Assembly: GCA_951406725.2 (NCBI GenBank)
Contig: OX597822.1
Coordinates: 44,144,001 to 44,208,000 of the forward strand
Source: Octopus vulgaris
Lineage: Eukaryota
Direction of reading: 5' to 3'
Length of the DNA: 64,000 nucleotides
Positions 27,701-41,419 of the stretch are shown piece after piece. Numbering within the stretch: the stretch's first letter is position 1; each line of letters opens with the position of its first letter. A program made the position numbers and the translations under genes. The notes beneath the pieces are model-generated. The model was not told the DNA's origin. It saw only the letters and a list, made by a program, of their open reading frames with translations, and did not search any database.

Positions 27701-29454
27701 TATAGTCGTTGGTGGGATGCGAAACCCAACCGCAAATAATCAATATTCTTGCAATGCGTGTTGTTACGAAAGCAATTCAGGCGACTCCTAACGTAGGAAC
27801 AAGTCTAGCTGATGTCGTCAGATCCAGTGCTTGACTATATAATTCATCGACCCGGAATGTGAAAGGCAAAGTTTACCTCGACAGTAATTAAGATCAGAGA
27901 ATAAAGAGTGAGAAGAAATACCCAAGCAGTTTTGTTCGACGCACCGTACACTGACGATTTTGCCAGTCCTACGATTTTAACGTTATAATTGGTAGTTAAT
28001 ATTAAATGTATTAGAGTAACAGATTAAATTGCATCAGTATAATTCAATTATGTGGCCACGTGCCAAAGGTAGAAATAATTACCAGAATTTAATTAAGCTG
28101 ATAAATTAGCAGAAACATTGAAATACTTGTTTAGATGTTTTGCTATCAACAGTTATGTCACTTACCATCCTGAGTTCAGCTACTTTCGATGTCGACATTA
28201 AGCATTGAGACCTCATTCCTCGCTGGTTTGTTTATTAAATAAAATAATACACTTGGACTATATTGCAATTGATTTAATGGTATTTAATCGTTACTCTATA
28301 GAATTGTGGTCTTATGCCAATTGAAGAAATCATCAACATTTTATTACAAACGTAAATTAGCACCAAAGATAGAACACTAGAGTAAATTAAACATTGCTGT
28401 TATATATTATATTCTATGTTTGACATCTGTCCAATACCTGTTGCTTTGCTCTTGCCTCTGTAGTCTTTAGTATTTCATGTTTATATAAGGCGGCGGGTTT
28501 ATATACTGCGCCGAAAAAGTTGCGGAGTGAAGTTTCATCCATGTTATGTTCTGGGTTCAAACTCTGCTGAGGGTGACTAGGCGTTTCACCCTTTTGAAGA
28601 GAGTCGATAAATTTATTGATACCAGTCAATTACTGGGGTCGCGGAATTCGACTTGCTCTTCTCCAAAGCACTTCGCGCGGAGCCAAAATTTTAAACCTTA
28701 TTAACAACGCTGTATTACAACAAACAGAGCGCCATCCTTACAGTATTATTTGCATCAGTCACACCAGAGTAATATAAGAAAATAGCACATATACATACAG
28801 AGAAAGAGAGAAACAGATGTGGCGCATCAATGAATTCATTTCACCTGCTTTCCTTGCGTCCCTCGTCATGACTTGCAGATATACAAACATAGGTTGAGTA
28901 GCATTTGAAATAAAAGGCAATGTACTGAATGTACCACACTGCAACCCATACGACAAACAACATATGTCTGAATATATACGTTGATCTATATATAAGTAGG
29001 TATATACTAGCCGTGGATCTCATTTATCTATTAGATATGTGTGTGACATAAACCTACTTAGTCAGAGATTCACCCGAGGCTAAAATTTGGCAATAATAAA
29101 AGCGACAACGTATTAATAAAAATTATAACAATAATAACAACGACAACGCACCACTATTAGCTGTATATTGGAGAAGAATGAAAATCATCCAAAAGCTGCT
29201 ACGTGTTCTTTACAAGAACCATTCCATTCCATTCCATAAACTACAATGTGGTACCCTGGCATGAGATGTCATACAATATTCGGTAAAAATACATCTGTGA
29301 ATTGCACCTTGCTGTATGTACTCACTATGTACATACGGTAGAGTTGCACCTAAGGATACGTTATTATCACCCATATTGGATGTGTGGGCGACGAAAATCC
29401 ATGTGAATGAACCTCGTAGTCGGAAACTGAAAGAAGCCAGTTGTATAATGATTA

Positions 29455-29920
29455 TGGAAGTGGAGTGGAACGAAAGTGTTTGAAGAGGCCAGGATAATGC
29501 ATGTAAGACGCAGGCAGAGATCTAAGGAAGAATGTTACGATCGAGTAGGTGAATGATAATGACCTCTTTGTGTGCAAAGTTTGTGACAGACCATGCCTTA
29601 CTTTTGCTGGGATCAAATCTCATTTGCGAACCCATGGAAAACGAACCTCCATCAACTATTCTGCTTATATGTCTGTGCACACCTTTCAATGCAATGTATG
29701 CCAGAAGGCCTGAAAATCTAACGGAGGCTACAAAAGACATTTTCAGATCCATAAAGATCAGAACTTAACTGCAGCTCTTGGTCGTCCAAATCGGATGTGC
29801 AATCTACGTGGTTGTCTTTTCAGAATATTGTCTGGTTTGAAAAGCCACATCAGATGCCATGATGGTTCTAAGGTGTAGGTACAGGAGGTGGTCAAACTCT
29901 GCATAAGGAGGACACAACCA
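29455..29920 (+). mobile_element. RTE/BovB-like LINE 3' end encoding three C2H2 zinc fingers (decayed)
   Basis: WKWSGTKVFEEARIMH.. then, after a frameshift, frame 29549-29878: FVCKVCDRPCLTFAGIKSHLRTH..FQCNVCQKA*KSNGGYKRHFQIH..MCNLRGCLFRILSGLKSHIRCH; short 3' tail running into (CA)n. Confidence 0.8.
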
Positions 29921-30360
29921 CTGCACACACGCACACGCACGCACACACACGCACACACACACACGCACCCCCCCCCACATATATATGTCTCTTCTAATTT
30001 TTAATTATTATAAATCTTCCACTAAGGAGGGGGCTGGTTTCCAAAAAACAAAAAGAAAGAAACAAGGCTCCATATTTGGGGTGTAGCTAACAGAAAAATT
30101 CACATTTAGAAATTGAGGAAAATCTTTCATATTTTTACTGTTCCGCTCACAGACTACACTTGTAATGTATGAATCAGCCGGTCAATTTCTCTTTCTGAAA
30201 ATCCCAGTTTATCCAGATTGTACTTTAAAAGCATTTACTAACAGAACCTAGTGCTCTAATTGTTATAGGTATGAATATGAAATCATAGTCTGGTTATAGA
30301 AGCTGGAGGTTTCGAAGCAGTTACTCATAGACATGCTCTTTTTCTTTGATTTTCAAAGAG

Positions 30361-30391
<31 letters not shown>

Positions 30392-30469
30392 TGTATGTAT
30401 GTATGTATGTATGTATGTATGTATGTATGTATGTGTTTGTGTCTACGTGTGTTTTTGTGTTTACGTTTG

Positions 30470-30662
30470 TTTTACCACCTACGCTCAGTGTGTTTATGTT
30501 GGTGTGTTTATCACCCCGTAACTTAGCGGTTCGGTGGAAGAGACCAGTAGAATAAGTACGAGACTTAAAAAGACTCGATTCATTCAACTAGAATTCCTTA
30601 AGGCAGTGCTCCAGCATGGTCGCAATCTAATGACTGAAGCAAATGTAAGATAAAAGATAAAA
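30470..30662 (+). mobile_element. SINE family B 3' half
   Basis: CCCCGTAACTTAGCGGTTCGG...GGCAGTGCTCCAGCATGGTCGCAATCTAATGACTGAAGC. Confidence 0.8.
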
Positions 30663-30774
30663 TACACTCACACACTCCAAGCGTATACAGATACATACAC
30701 ACGTACTCACACACACACACACAGGCACTCATATTCACACACATCTACCCGTAAACGCAAACGTATCTGTCTAT

Positions 30775-32110
30775 TTATGCGTCAAGCCTAGAGGCACCCG
30801 CACTCAGGGTCTCATATCTCCTCCTATCGCACATACAGCGTAGCAAGGTTTTGCGTCAGTAACTGGCTGATAAGTACCTTCTCTCTTTGTTGTTATCGGC
30901 TTTTGAAATTCTCCCTCTCAGCTTTCCAGTCCTCACCAAATATTCAAGGTTTTGTCCTTTTATACGTTGTCCAATGAACTTAGCAGTTATCTCCTCTATA
31001 TATTCGATCTTTTGGTAGTTTCTTTACGTCTAAACTGCTTCAATTTTTATTATCCGATCCAAGTAGTATATACTAGCAGTATCGCCCGGCGTTGCTCGGG
31101 TTTGTAAGGGAAATAACTATATAAGCATTTTTAGAGAGTTACTTCCCTTATAAATTCGGGCTTTCTTAGCCATTTTTGTTTTGGTGTCTTCAAGCCATGA
31201 AGTCGTTGTTCTAAAACAACGCTGGTTTCCTTCACAACGCATTACGACGTTGATTTCTTTACACTCCCTTCCCCAAAGCTTCACGAGGGAGGGAAGGGGG
31301 AGAAGCAAACAGGTGCAGCTGTGAGCGTGGACGCCAACTCCGCCGCCATCGACATACGATGCATTTTATGCATTAAAATGGAATAAAAAATGATGTTAAA
31401 TTATTTTTAAAATCGTAGACTCATCGTTGACGCGCGCTAATAGTCAGACGGGCTCGATATGAATCACGACTATAAGATACCCGAATTTGGTTAAACTGCA
31501 CCGCAAAATGTGGGAGGAGTTAGGAATCTAAATCGAAGGGGACAGACACTCACACAACTAGAGTTTTATATATATAGATATTCAGTACCCGTCTCAAGAA
31601 CCACATCTCTGAGCAGTGATGACCATCTGTATTATCTGATCGTTATGTTCCAGGTCAAGTAACAAAACGTAAAGATGGGTCCAGTAACCTCCCCTTTATA
31701 TTCGATCTCCTGGCAGTTTCTTTACATCTAAGAGTTTCACTCCTTATTACTCGATCCATACAGGATATATATATATTCAGTGTCTGTTTACAGAACAACA
31801 TCTCTGAGCAGTGATAAACATCTGTGTTTGATCGTTATGTTCCAGGTCAACCATACGTAAAGATGGGTCCTTGTATGACACTCCGATTCATTTTCTTACT
31901 GGTATTGATTACTGTTTATTTGACAATATATATTTCATCTCACTGAAAGTAGCCTTGGCCTGACCAATCATTGATTCCATCTCTTTGAAGTTTTCCTCAT
32001 CTGAAGTAATAATGTTTACCAAATATTTAAAAGTATCAACTTGTTTCAAGTTGTTTCATTAAATCTTATGTTGCAAAACAGTGGTAGGTTCTTTGAAATT
32101 GTCAATATCA
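30775..32110 (-). mobile_element. Decayed RTE-clade LINE fragment with an internal tandem duplication, interrupted by a Helitron
   Basis: Minus frames NLKQVDTFKYLVNIITSDEENFKEMESMIGQAKATFSEMKYILSNK and LEYLVRTGKLRGR..LLRCMCDRRRY. Confidence 0.8.
31073..31578 (-). mobile_element. Non-autonomous Helitron
   Basis: Minus strand starts 5'-TC, ends CTAG-3', has subterminal hairpin CCCGAGCAACGCCGGG, and lies between A and T; second copy at 62435. Confidence 0.88.
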
Positions 32111-32333
32111 TGTATTTGATTTTTAGTTGTTGAGACCGAAACGCATCTTTTCACCCTCGTCGTTTAAAATAATAATTAATGTTGGTAGATTTTGCTCAGA
32201 TGTTGCTATGAGAAACTGTGTCGTCTGCAGAACGGATACCGTTAATGTTTACCCTCCTACGTCTCAAATTTTATACTTTACTCCCCCTCTCTTCCTCCCT
32301 CTTTCCCACTTTCCTTCTATTTACATACATCTA

Positions 32334-32382
<49 letters not shown>

Positions 32383-32823
32383 CAAAACTTACTTGGAGGA
32401 GATGAAACGAAACGAAACGAATCGAATCAACGCGAGGGCGCTCAGTCATACAATAGTGTAAGAAATAAGATATATGCATACATACATACATATATGTACG
32501 TACCTACATCTACATGTGTATATACATGCATATATAAATATATATACGTGAGTACAGGACACCACAAATAGACGTAGAACTCAACAAGAAACGAAGACGT
32601 AAAAACAAACGTGGAAACGGACCTAAACGAAAAAAAAACAGAGTACAAGACAAACTACACAAGGAAAAATCCCCTATCATCAGCTGTCCCTAGTTCAACT
32701 CCACCGTGTTTCGAAGGTGGGGACAGAACACGACTCGTGGAACTAGTCCTTCCTCCGTAGGAATTTAATAAAATTACTTCGCAGAGGGGTAAAAACAAGG
32801 AAAGTTAAACACGTGACAAAACC

Positions 32824-32856
<33 letters not shown>

Positions 32857-32949
32857 AAAACTGTACTGGGAGAAGAAGAAGAAGAAACGAAACGAAACGG
32901 AACGAATCGAATCGACGCGAAGGCGCTCAGTCATACAATAGTATTACAC

Positions 32950-32969
<20 letters not shown>

Positions 32970-32983
<14 letters not shown>

Positions 32984-33520
32984 TATACATATATACGACG
33001 GGGTTGCTGAAAAGGTCCTGTCACTAAAGGTGTGGTGATGATAGGCCCAGTTGGAGGCCAACATTCTGAGTCCTTTTTCAGGGCTTAGAAAAACCGAAGC
33101 CAGTGAATCTTAGAGGGGAATATGTTGAATAATGTCATAATTAACTGATCCTCATGTATTTTCTTTTACCCGGAACTATATATATATAATGATAAATATC
33201 AAAGTGAGTTATATACAGTAGCAGTAACACATCGTGACGTATATTTGCCATTTCAATATGGCTACCCCTAAGGGTGGATGCTACTGCAGTTTTTAGCCCC
33301 AGGAGGACACACTCCTCCTGGGGCTAAAAACTACAGTAGCATCCACCCTTAGGGGTAGCCATATTGAAATGGCAAATATACGTCACTATATAAAGCGCCT
33401 ATTAATAATAATACTGTAATTGTTCCACGTGTTGTTGTTTTTTCTGTTTTCCCGTTTGGATTAAAATTATATATATATATATACATACATATATATACAC
33501 ACATATATATATATACATAC

Positions 33521-33595
<75 letters not shown>

Positions 33596-33694
33596 CATAC
33601 ATATATATATATATATATACATACATATATATATATATATATATACATACATATATATATACACATATATATATACATACATATATATATATAC

Positions 33695-33746
<52 letters not shown>

Positions 33747-34270
33747 ATATATATGTGTGTATATATATGTATGTATATATATATATATAATTTTAATCCA
33801 AACGGGAAAACAGAAAAAACAACAACACGTGGAACAATTACAGTATTATTATTAATAGGCGCTCTATAGTGACGTATATTTGCCATTTCAATATGGCTAC
33901 CCCTAAGGGTGGATGCTACTGTAGTTTTTAGCCCCAGGAGGAGTGTGTCCTCCTGGGGCTAAAAACTGCAGTAGCATCCACCCTTAGGGGTAGCCATATT
34001 GAAATGGCAAATATACGTCACGATGTGTTACTGCTACTGTATATAACTCACTTTGATATTTATCATTATATATATATAGTTCCGGGTAAAAGAAAATACA
34101 TGAGGATCAGTTAATTATGACATTATTCAACATATTCCCCTCTAAGATTCACTGGCTTCGGTTTTTCTAAGCCCTGAAAAAGGACTCAGAATGTTGGCCT
34201 CCAACTGGGCCTATCATCACCACACCTTTAGTGACAGGACCTTTTCAGCAACCCCGTCGTATATATGTAT

Positions 34271-34285
<15 letters not shown>
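32970..34285. repeat. About 1.3-kb inverted duplication (arms about 500 bp around a TA-rich core); each arm contains a 153-bp palindrome
   Basis: 32970-33470 is the reverse complement of about 33786-34285; inner palindromes at 33234-33386 and 33869-34021. Confidence 0.95.
32994..33178 (+). mobile_element. Mariner-derived MITE fragment (mirrored at about 34078-34261)
   Basis: TACGACGGGGTTGCTGAAAAG mariner-type TIR start; AGAGGGGAATATGTTGAATAA encodes RGEYVE*, the mariner transposase C-terminus. Confidence 0.65.
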
Positions 34286-34337
<52 letters not shown>

Positions 34338-34674
34338 TTCAGCAACAATTTAGATTCAAAAGAATATGGTACTTAAGTTAGATGCACCAGAATTTTGTAT
34401 GGTGATACCCATAAAAATATGCGGGGTGATTATAATAAAAAAATAAGCAACAAGAATGAATCCGGTAATTTAGTACAATTGTTTCATACTACAACATTTT
34501 ATTAAAAGCTGTAATTATATTACAGCAGATTTAAGATGCTGAGTAATCTTCAGCTAAATTTTATATAGGTTTTCCAATAATATAAAATTTTCAAATCAAT
34601 TAATAACATCTTAGGGAAGGTAAATATACAGATAAAGATGTAGATATGAATCTTAGGAATATGAGGTCGTGTAG

Positions 34675-35150
34675 TTCAGATGCCAACTGACCAAAACCTC
34701 GGTTACAACTGACTGCTGTAAGAAAATTTCTTTCGTTATAAGGATTGGGGTAAGGGCAGGTAAAGAATTCAAGTTAGTTGAAGAAAAGAGGAGGAAATTC
34801 AGGATAAGTAAAAGAAGAACAGGTTGTCACTAGAACAAAAGGTCAATTTAACTATGTGGTGACAAGAAAAATTAGGTCAGTGTAGAAAGATCATCGAATT
34901 CTTAGGTACGTCAGATACTAACTGACCAAAACCCTACTTACAACTAAGAGCCATCAGAATTTTTTTAGTAGTAGGAATATGGGTAAGGGGATGTGATAGA
35001 ATACTGTAAAAGGGATTTAAGTTAGTTGCAGAAAAAAGGAAGAATTTAGAATATTTAAAGGGAATTCAGATTGTCCCAAGAACAATAAGCCAGTTTTTTT
35101 TTTATGTGGTGAGAAAAAATCTAGGCCAATGTCGAGAGGTCAATTAAATC
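34675..35150 (+). repeat. Diverged tandem duplication, unit about 235 bp
   Basis: TCAGAT..AACTGACCAAAACC, GGGTAAGGG, AAGTTAGTTG, TTGTC..AGAACAA and TATGTGGTGA recur in the same order from about 34676 and 34911. Confidence 0.75.
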
Positions 35151-35885
35151 CCTTTACAAATGGTAGGGGAAACAAACCTAACATCTAATTTGTAGTAGGT
35201 ACCGTATTTTAGTTGCACTGATGTTGTTCCAACTCTAGTCACCAGTGTTGATGCACTTATTACTCTCTCCATTGCAGCATTTTTTCGGTGTTGCTTATGT
35301 CACCGTTCCCGTTGATGCTGCTAAGCTGTTACAGTCAACATAACCATCGTTGTGGCTGTTGTTGTTGCTGTTGTTGTTGTTGTTGTTGTTGTTGTGTATA
35401 TTGCTGTTGATGTTGTTTCGATTTTTGCTTGTATCTCGACTGATGTAATTCCGACAACATTCAATTTCCTCCCGCGTCATTCAACATGCAAACGACGATA
35501 TTAACAGGTTACTGTCAAACTATCTCGGCATGTCGTTGTTATTGTTGATGCTATTGTTGTTGTTGTTGGTGTTATTGCTGCAGCAGAAGCCGTTGTAGCA
35601 GCAGTAGCAGCGATGTTGCTAACGGATGAAACGTGTGTGGGAGAGAGAGAGAGAGAGAGGGAGAGAGAGAGAGCACGTGTATCTTGCACGTTTTAACTAT
35701 TCTTTGTTTAAGTTAGCAAAATGGCGCCAAAATAATCCAAGAAAATTCAGGTTTTTCAGGAAAACTACGACACGCGCATGCACAACTATGCAGCCACGCG
35801 TGCATGCACTTACAAACATGCATTTGCATACCTGCATTAGTGTGTCTAAACACACACACACACACACATACATACATACATACAT

Positions 35886-35950
<65 letters not shown>

Positions 35951-36068
35951 TGTATCTATATGGATATGTAGAGAAAGAGAGACAGATGGAAGAGTATTAC
36001 CTCTACGCAGGAATGAAAATATATGTCTGTCTATCTATCTATCTATCTTTCTATCTATCTATATGTAT

Positions 36069-36099
<31 letters not shown>

Positions 36100-36759
36100 G
36101 AAAAACATACACATACATGTTTACTTGTTTTCTAAATAGTTAAAATACTCACGTTTCTGTAAAATAATTTAAACTGTCATGATAGACACACCTGTACACC
36201 AATTATCACTTCTCCATTCTCTCCGACAAAAATGATACTTTCACTGGCTCTCTCTCTCTCTTTCTCTCTCTCTTCCTCTCACTTTCTCTGTCTTTCTCTT
36301 CCTTTTACTCTATTTTACTTTCCTTTGTCTTCCTCTCTAATTAACTGCTAATTAACCATGCAACATTTACAAAATGTCTTTCGCTACAATCTCAAAAATC
36401 AAGATTCAAAACTATAATGATTATAAGAATCCGAGATGTATTAGAATTTAATAATAATTGGTAAGAATTTGTTGTTGATGGATATGAACAAAACAACTCC
36501 ACTAATGCGGAGTTGTTTTGTCTGTATCGAAATATAGTGATTAAATTGCATGTCTGTGTGTGTGTATGTCCATGTGCGTATATGTAGATGTATATGTACA
36601 TACACATATGCAGGTGCGTTTGTGTGTCTGTGTGAATATATATACATGTATGTTAATACTATTAATAATTACCAGAATTCTACCGCAGATTATTAATTTG
36701 AAAATAATAAATATACTGATGTTTTGAGTTGTAGTTTTCTATTTGCGTCACCAAACCTG

Positions 36760-36880
<121 letters not shown>

Positions 36881-37473
36881 TGTGCGTGTATATATTTATA
36901 TATATGTGTGTGTGTATTTAGGGCTAAAAGACGACTATGTGGACAGCCATATGCTAGAAGTAGATCACATACGATCTAACTACAAAGAAAGAATGTTCTC
37001 CAGACAAATTTCAGCGAACACCAGAACATAGGCGGGCAAGACAGATGAAAATTATGTAAAGAACTAAGCACGTGTCTGGTTTTATACAGAAAACTAGTGG
37101 TTAATTTTACAAATTATATTGTTTTTGAACGATCGTACTGATGAATCTACGGACGAAGGATTACGTAAGTAATTTATTCTGTGATAGACAAAATGGCTGA
37201 TGGTTACTAAGGAGAGACACACAAGGACCACTGAAGAAAGCAAAGGACCACTGATGCGGTCACAGGAGTGTGACGAAAGAACTCTGGACGAAATAAGATT
37301 AAGTTTAATGTAAAAAATAACGCTGAAGCAAAATAAAACCAAATATATAGTGCGTGTGTTTTTATTGGCTAAACTGGCAAAATGACCATTCCGAAATACA
37401 ACAATATATGTTTCAACACACGATTTCACCTAAAAAAAATCCTGCACAATAAATATATATACATATATATACG

Positions 37474-37576
<103 letters not shown>

Positions 37577-38564
37577 GCGAAGGAACTATTGTTTTTAAGC
37601 CTCATTTTTATTTATGGTCAACATATCTAATATGTGTTAAACGTGTAAATATTTAAAATTTTGTTTCTAATTTTATATAACATTCTTATAACTTTATTTT
37701 CATTCCTGTCAGATCGCGCTTATTTGCCCCACGACAGCTTTTTGTACTATTTGTCTGCAATCATTTCCTCTTCCTCCATCACCAGGATGGGGCAATAGTT
37801 TAACAGGATGTAAAGGAACGCATTCAGTTAGCAGTGTAGGAAATAACTTCCTAAAATGCTTCAAAATATGTTTCGCAACCGTAAGGATAAATTTGGATTT
37901 TGCAGGGATAGAGACAAATAACATCCTGAACATTTTCAATATACCATTGACGTAACATTTATGAATCTGTTTTCATATAATTAAGTAATAGAAATAAAAT
38001 TCTGTAAGCTTTTTTTTAATATTTACTGATTTTATTGAAATATATAGCAAACTCTGGACACCCGTAACAATTTTTGTAACGAGGCCAGCAATTTCTTTTT
38101 TTTTTTTTTTGTGGTGGGTATCCGTCGGTTACATGGTCATAAATGTTCAACTGGTCCGTAATTTATCGAATCTAAAATGAAGAAAAGTAGAGTCAATTGC
38201 ATCAGAATTTGAACTCAAGACTCAGAGACGAATGAAACTATTGTCAAGCATTTTGCCGGCGGGCTAACGATTCAGCCATCTTGCCGCAGACTTACTAGTG
38301 TTAATGTTAAAATTCACATTCTGCAGAGATCGAGTTTGGATTTCATACTCTCGAATTCGAAAAGAGAAATATTGGTTGAGAACAGAAGTCGACGTAATCG
38401 ACTTATTCCCTGCCCTAAATTTACTGATATTATGACAAAATGCCAGAATCTGGAACCAAAGGTAATATCAATATTTATAATGTATTTCCAGTTCTTATCC
38501 AGTAATGAAACAAGTGTAACATGGAATTGAAAATATACCAAATTTTTCTTTATTTTCATATATA

Positions 38565-38795
38565 CAGGGTTGGCCAAAAGTCACCCGACAGTAAATCACA
38601 AATCCACAAATGCAGTCTGTAATTCTGCATTGACTCGAATAGAAAAATGTATCGCTGAAGAAGGACTTCATTTTGAACACTTTCCATGATGTTTCATATT
38701 TAGATGCTTTTATTAACCTCATTCAGTTCGTAAACATAAATAAAATCTTGGAATTACACAGCTTTCATTTACTGTCAAGTGACTTTTGGCCAACC

Positions 38796-38798
<3 letters not shown>
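38565..38798. mobile_element. Tc1/mariner-type MITE
   Basis: TIRs CAGGGTTGGCCAAAAGTCAC..GACAGTAAAT, TA on both flanks, non-coding interior. Confidence 0.9.
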
Positions 38799-38837
<39 letters not shown>

Positions 38838-39367
38838 GTGTGTAGGTTAATTTATGTATATATATACACATATACATATATACATTTTTTCTATATGTGT
38901 ACATGTACACACATAGATACACGCATACATAAATACATACACAAATGTATAGATACATGAAATAATGCACATATGCATACTTATAAATGTGCATGTATAT
39001 ATAGCTAGCATAAACGCAATAAATATTTGAAAAGTGCAACGCAAGAACAACTGAGGCTGGAAAATAAGTTATTAGTTTAACGCTTTAATGGGAAAAATAA
39101 GTGTATTAACCTTTCAAACCTTAGTTCTTCATCAGAAGAAAGTTACACAAACACACATAAACACACATGTACACACATCCATATACATGTGTGTGTGTAT
39201 ACATATGCTCATGCATACAAACGTTTGTAAATATGTACTCGCATGTATGTGTGTATGTGTGTGTATGTGCGTGTCCCTGTGTGTCTGTGCGTGTCCCTGT
39301 GTGTCTGTGCGTGTCCCTGTGTGTCTGTGCGCGCGCGTATATATATATATGTCTGTGCGCGCGCGTG

Positions 39368-39423
<56 letters not shown>

Positions 39424-39508
39424 TATGTATATGTGTATATGCATTCAAATATACAATATATATTTGTGTGTATGTTTATATAACCACTCACCAGCGCGCA
39501 AGGTGTAA

Positions 39509-39587
<79 letters not shown>

Positions 39588-39594
39588 CAGAGAG

Positions 39595-39651
<57 letters not shown>

Positions 39652-40599
39652 TGTGTGTGTATAAGTATATCCGTATATGTTTATGTGTGTGTATATGAAT
39701 ATATGGCTGTATGTACAATTGTGCGTATGGAATTATCTACATATCAATTTGTTTGCAGCCGTATGATGTTGTTATATTGAAGACTGGTGTTCTATGTCAA
39801 CAATTGACATTCGCTGTGAATCTATTTATATGTGTGTATGTATTTGGATGTGTTTATGCGCATATAACAACATGTATGTATATATATGTGTATGTATGTA
39901 TGTATGTATGTATGTATGTATGTATGTATGTATGTATGTATGTATGTATGTATGTATGTATGCATGTATGTATGCATGTATGTGTGTGTGTATATGGACG
40001 AGGATGTGTAATTGCTCAGGCAGTCGTTCAATAATTAACATTCCATTAAAAGACACGTTCCAAAATTACCTTTGACATCTCTTAAGTTCCTAATCATAGG
40101 ATATGATATTAACGCAACGGAAACACATCACAACGTTTGCGCATGCGTTAAGCCACGTTTCACTCACAGTCACAGGCGCTGTTGTTTTTGATATAGGCGA
40201 CGGTGATGGTTTTGGCGTAGGTGATGTTGTCGGCGGTGATATGTCATAGCGGTGGTCGTGTCAGTGTTGATAGCTTCGCTGGTGAAGAAATCCAATACAG
40301 GTATCTGCGTTGATTGACGGCGGATGGTTGGGGAGAACTGCTATAGGTGTGTTTTGTTTAGTGCTGTTACTAATCGCAATTAGTACAGCGGTGTTTGGGT
40401 TAGTATAACTAGTGTTACTACTCGTGATTACTATACAGTTTCAATGTTGTTGTTGGTGGTGGTGCTATCATTTGGAGTTGATTTGTGTTGCTGTTTGCGT
40501 TGTTGTTACTAATGGTAGTGGTGATGGTGGCGGTGGTGGTGAATATTGTGAAAGGTAGCGATTGTGTTGATGTTGTTATTGATTCCAATACCAAGAAAA

Positions 40600-41026
40600 G
40601 GAAGAAGTATTTTGATCTGTGTTTGGTGGCTGTGGAGAAAGAGATCGCATGGTGGACAAGACTGAAACGGTTGTGTGTACATAGTTTTCTCCTCAGTCAA
40701 AACTTCGTCAGACTCTTTAACTTTCATTCAACAAAGAAGATGAAAGTGAAGACTGCCCCGTCGCTTCCTTTAACCGGGAAGGAAGGGCTGTTTTTATATG
40801 CCTGGTGGCCAAGGTGAAACATGTTGTATGGTGGATGAGATTGAAGAGGCTGAAGACAAACACTTTCCTCTTTGGCCTATCTATTATGAACTTCTTCAAG
40901 TTCTACTTGAAAAGGAAAATAAGTGTAGAGAGGGAAATGTCTTCTAACCAGGTTGCTGGAAGGTGGATAAAAGTGACGGGAATGGTGCGAATGAACGGGC
41001 CTGCCGTGAGCATACACCTGTACTGA
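40600..41026 (+). mobile_element. Probable LINE ORF2 C-terminal remnant, partly duplicated (possibly L1/Tx1-like)
   Basis: Two related peptides in tandem: AVEKEIAWWTRLKRL..NFVRLFNFHSTKKMKV and AKVKHVVWWMRLKRL..MNFFKFYLKRKISVEREM..RWIKV. Confidence 0.45.
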
Positions 41027-41309
41027 GAAAACAGGAAAAAGAAAAAGAGGCATCCGCCAGGGTACGCATGGTATTCTTATGGGGTTTTTGCATGGGCAGC
41101 CCTCGAAAGTCTCCACCATATTGAGGATGACACATTGTTGATTTTTTAAAATTTTGGTAGTTTGTTTACGTACACACACACTCACACACACACGCACACA
41201 CACACGCACACACACACGCACACACATTCACACATTCTTTATTTCGTCCTGTACTGTCCATAATGTTTTCTTATTGCAACCCCTTGTGGTTAATAAAGAA
41301 ATTATAATC

Positions 41310-41352
<43 letters not shown>

Positions 41353-41365
41353 ATTATTATTGTTG

Positions 41366-41406
<41 letters not shown>

Positions 41407-41419
41407 GTTGTTGTTATTA

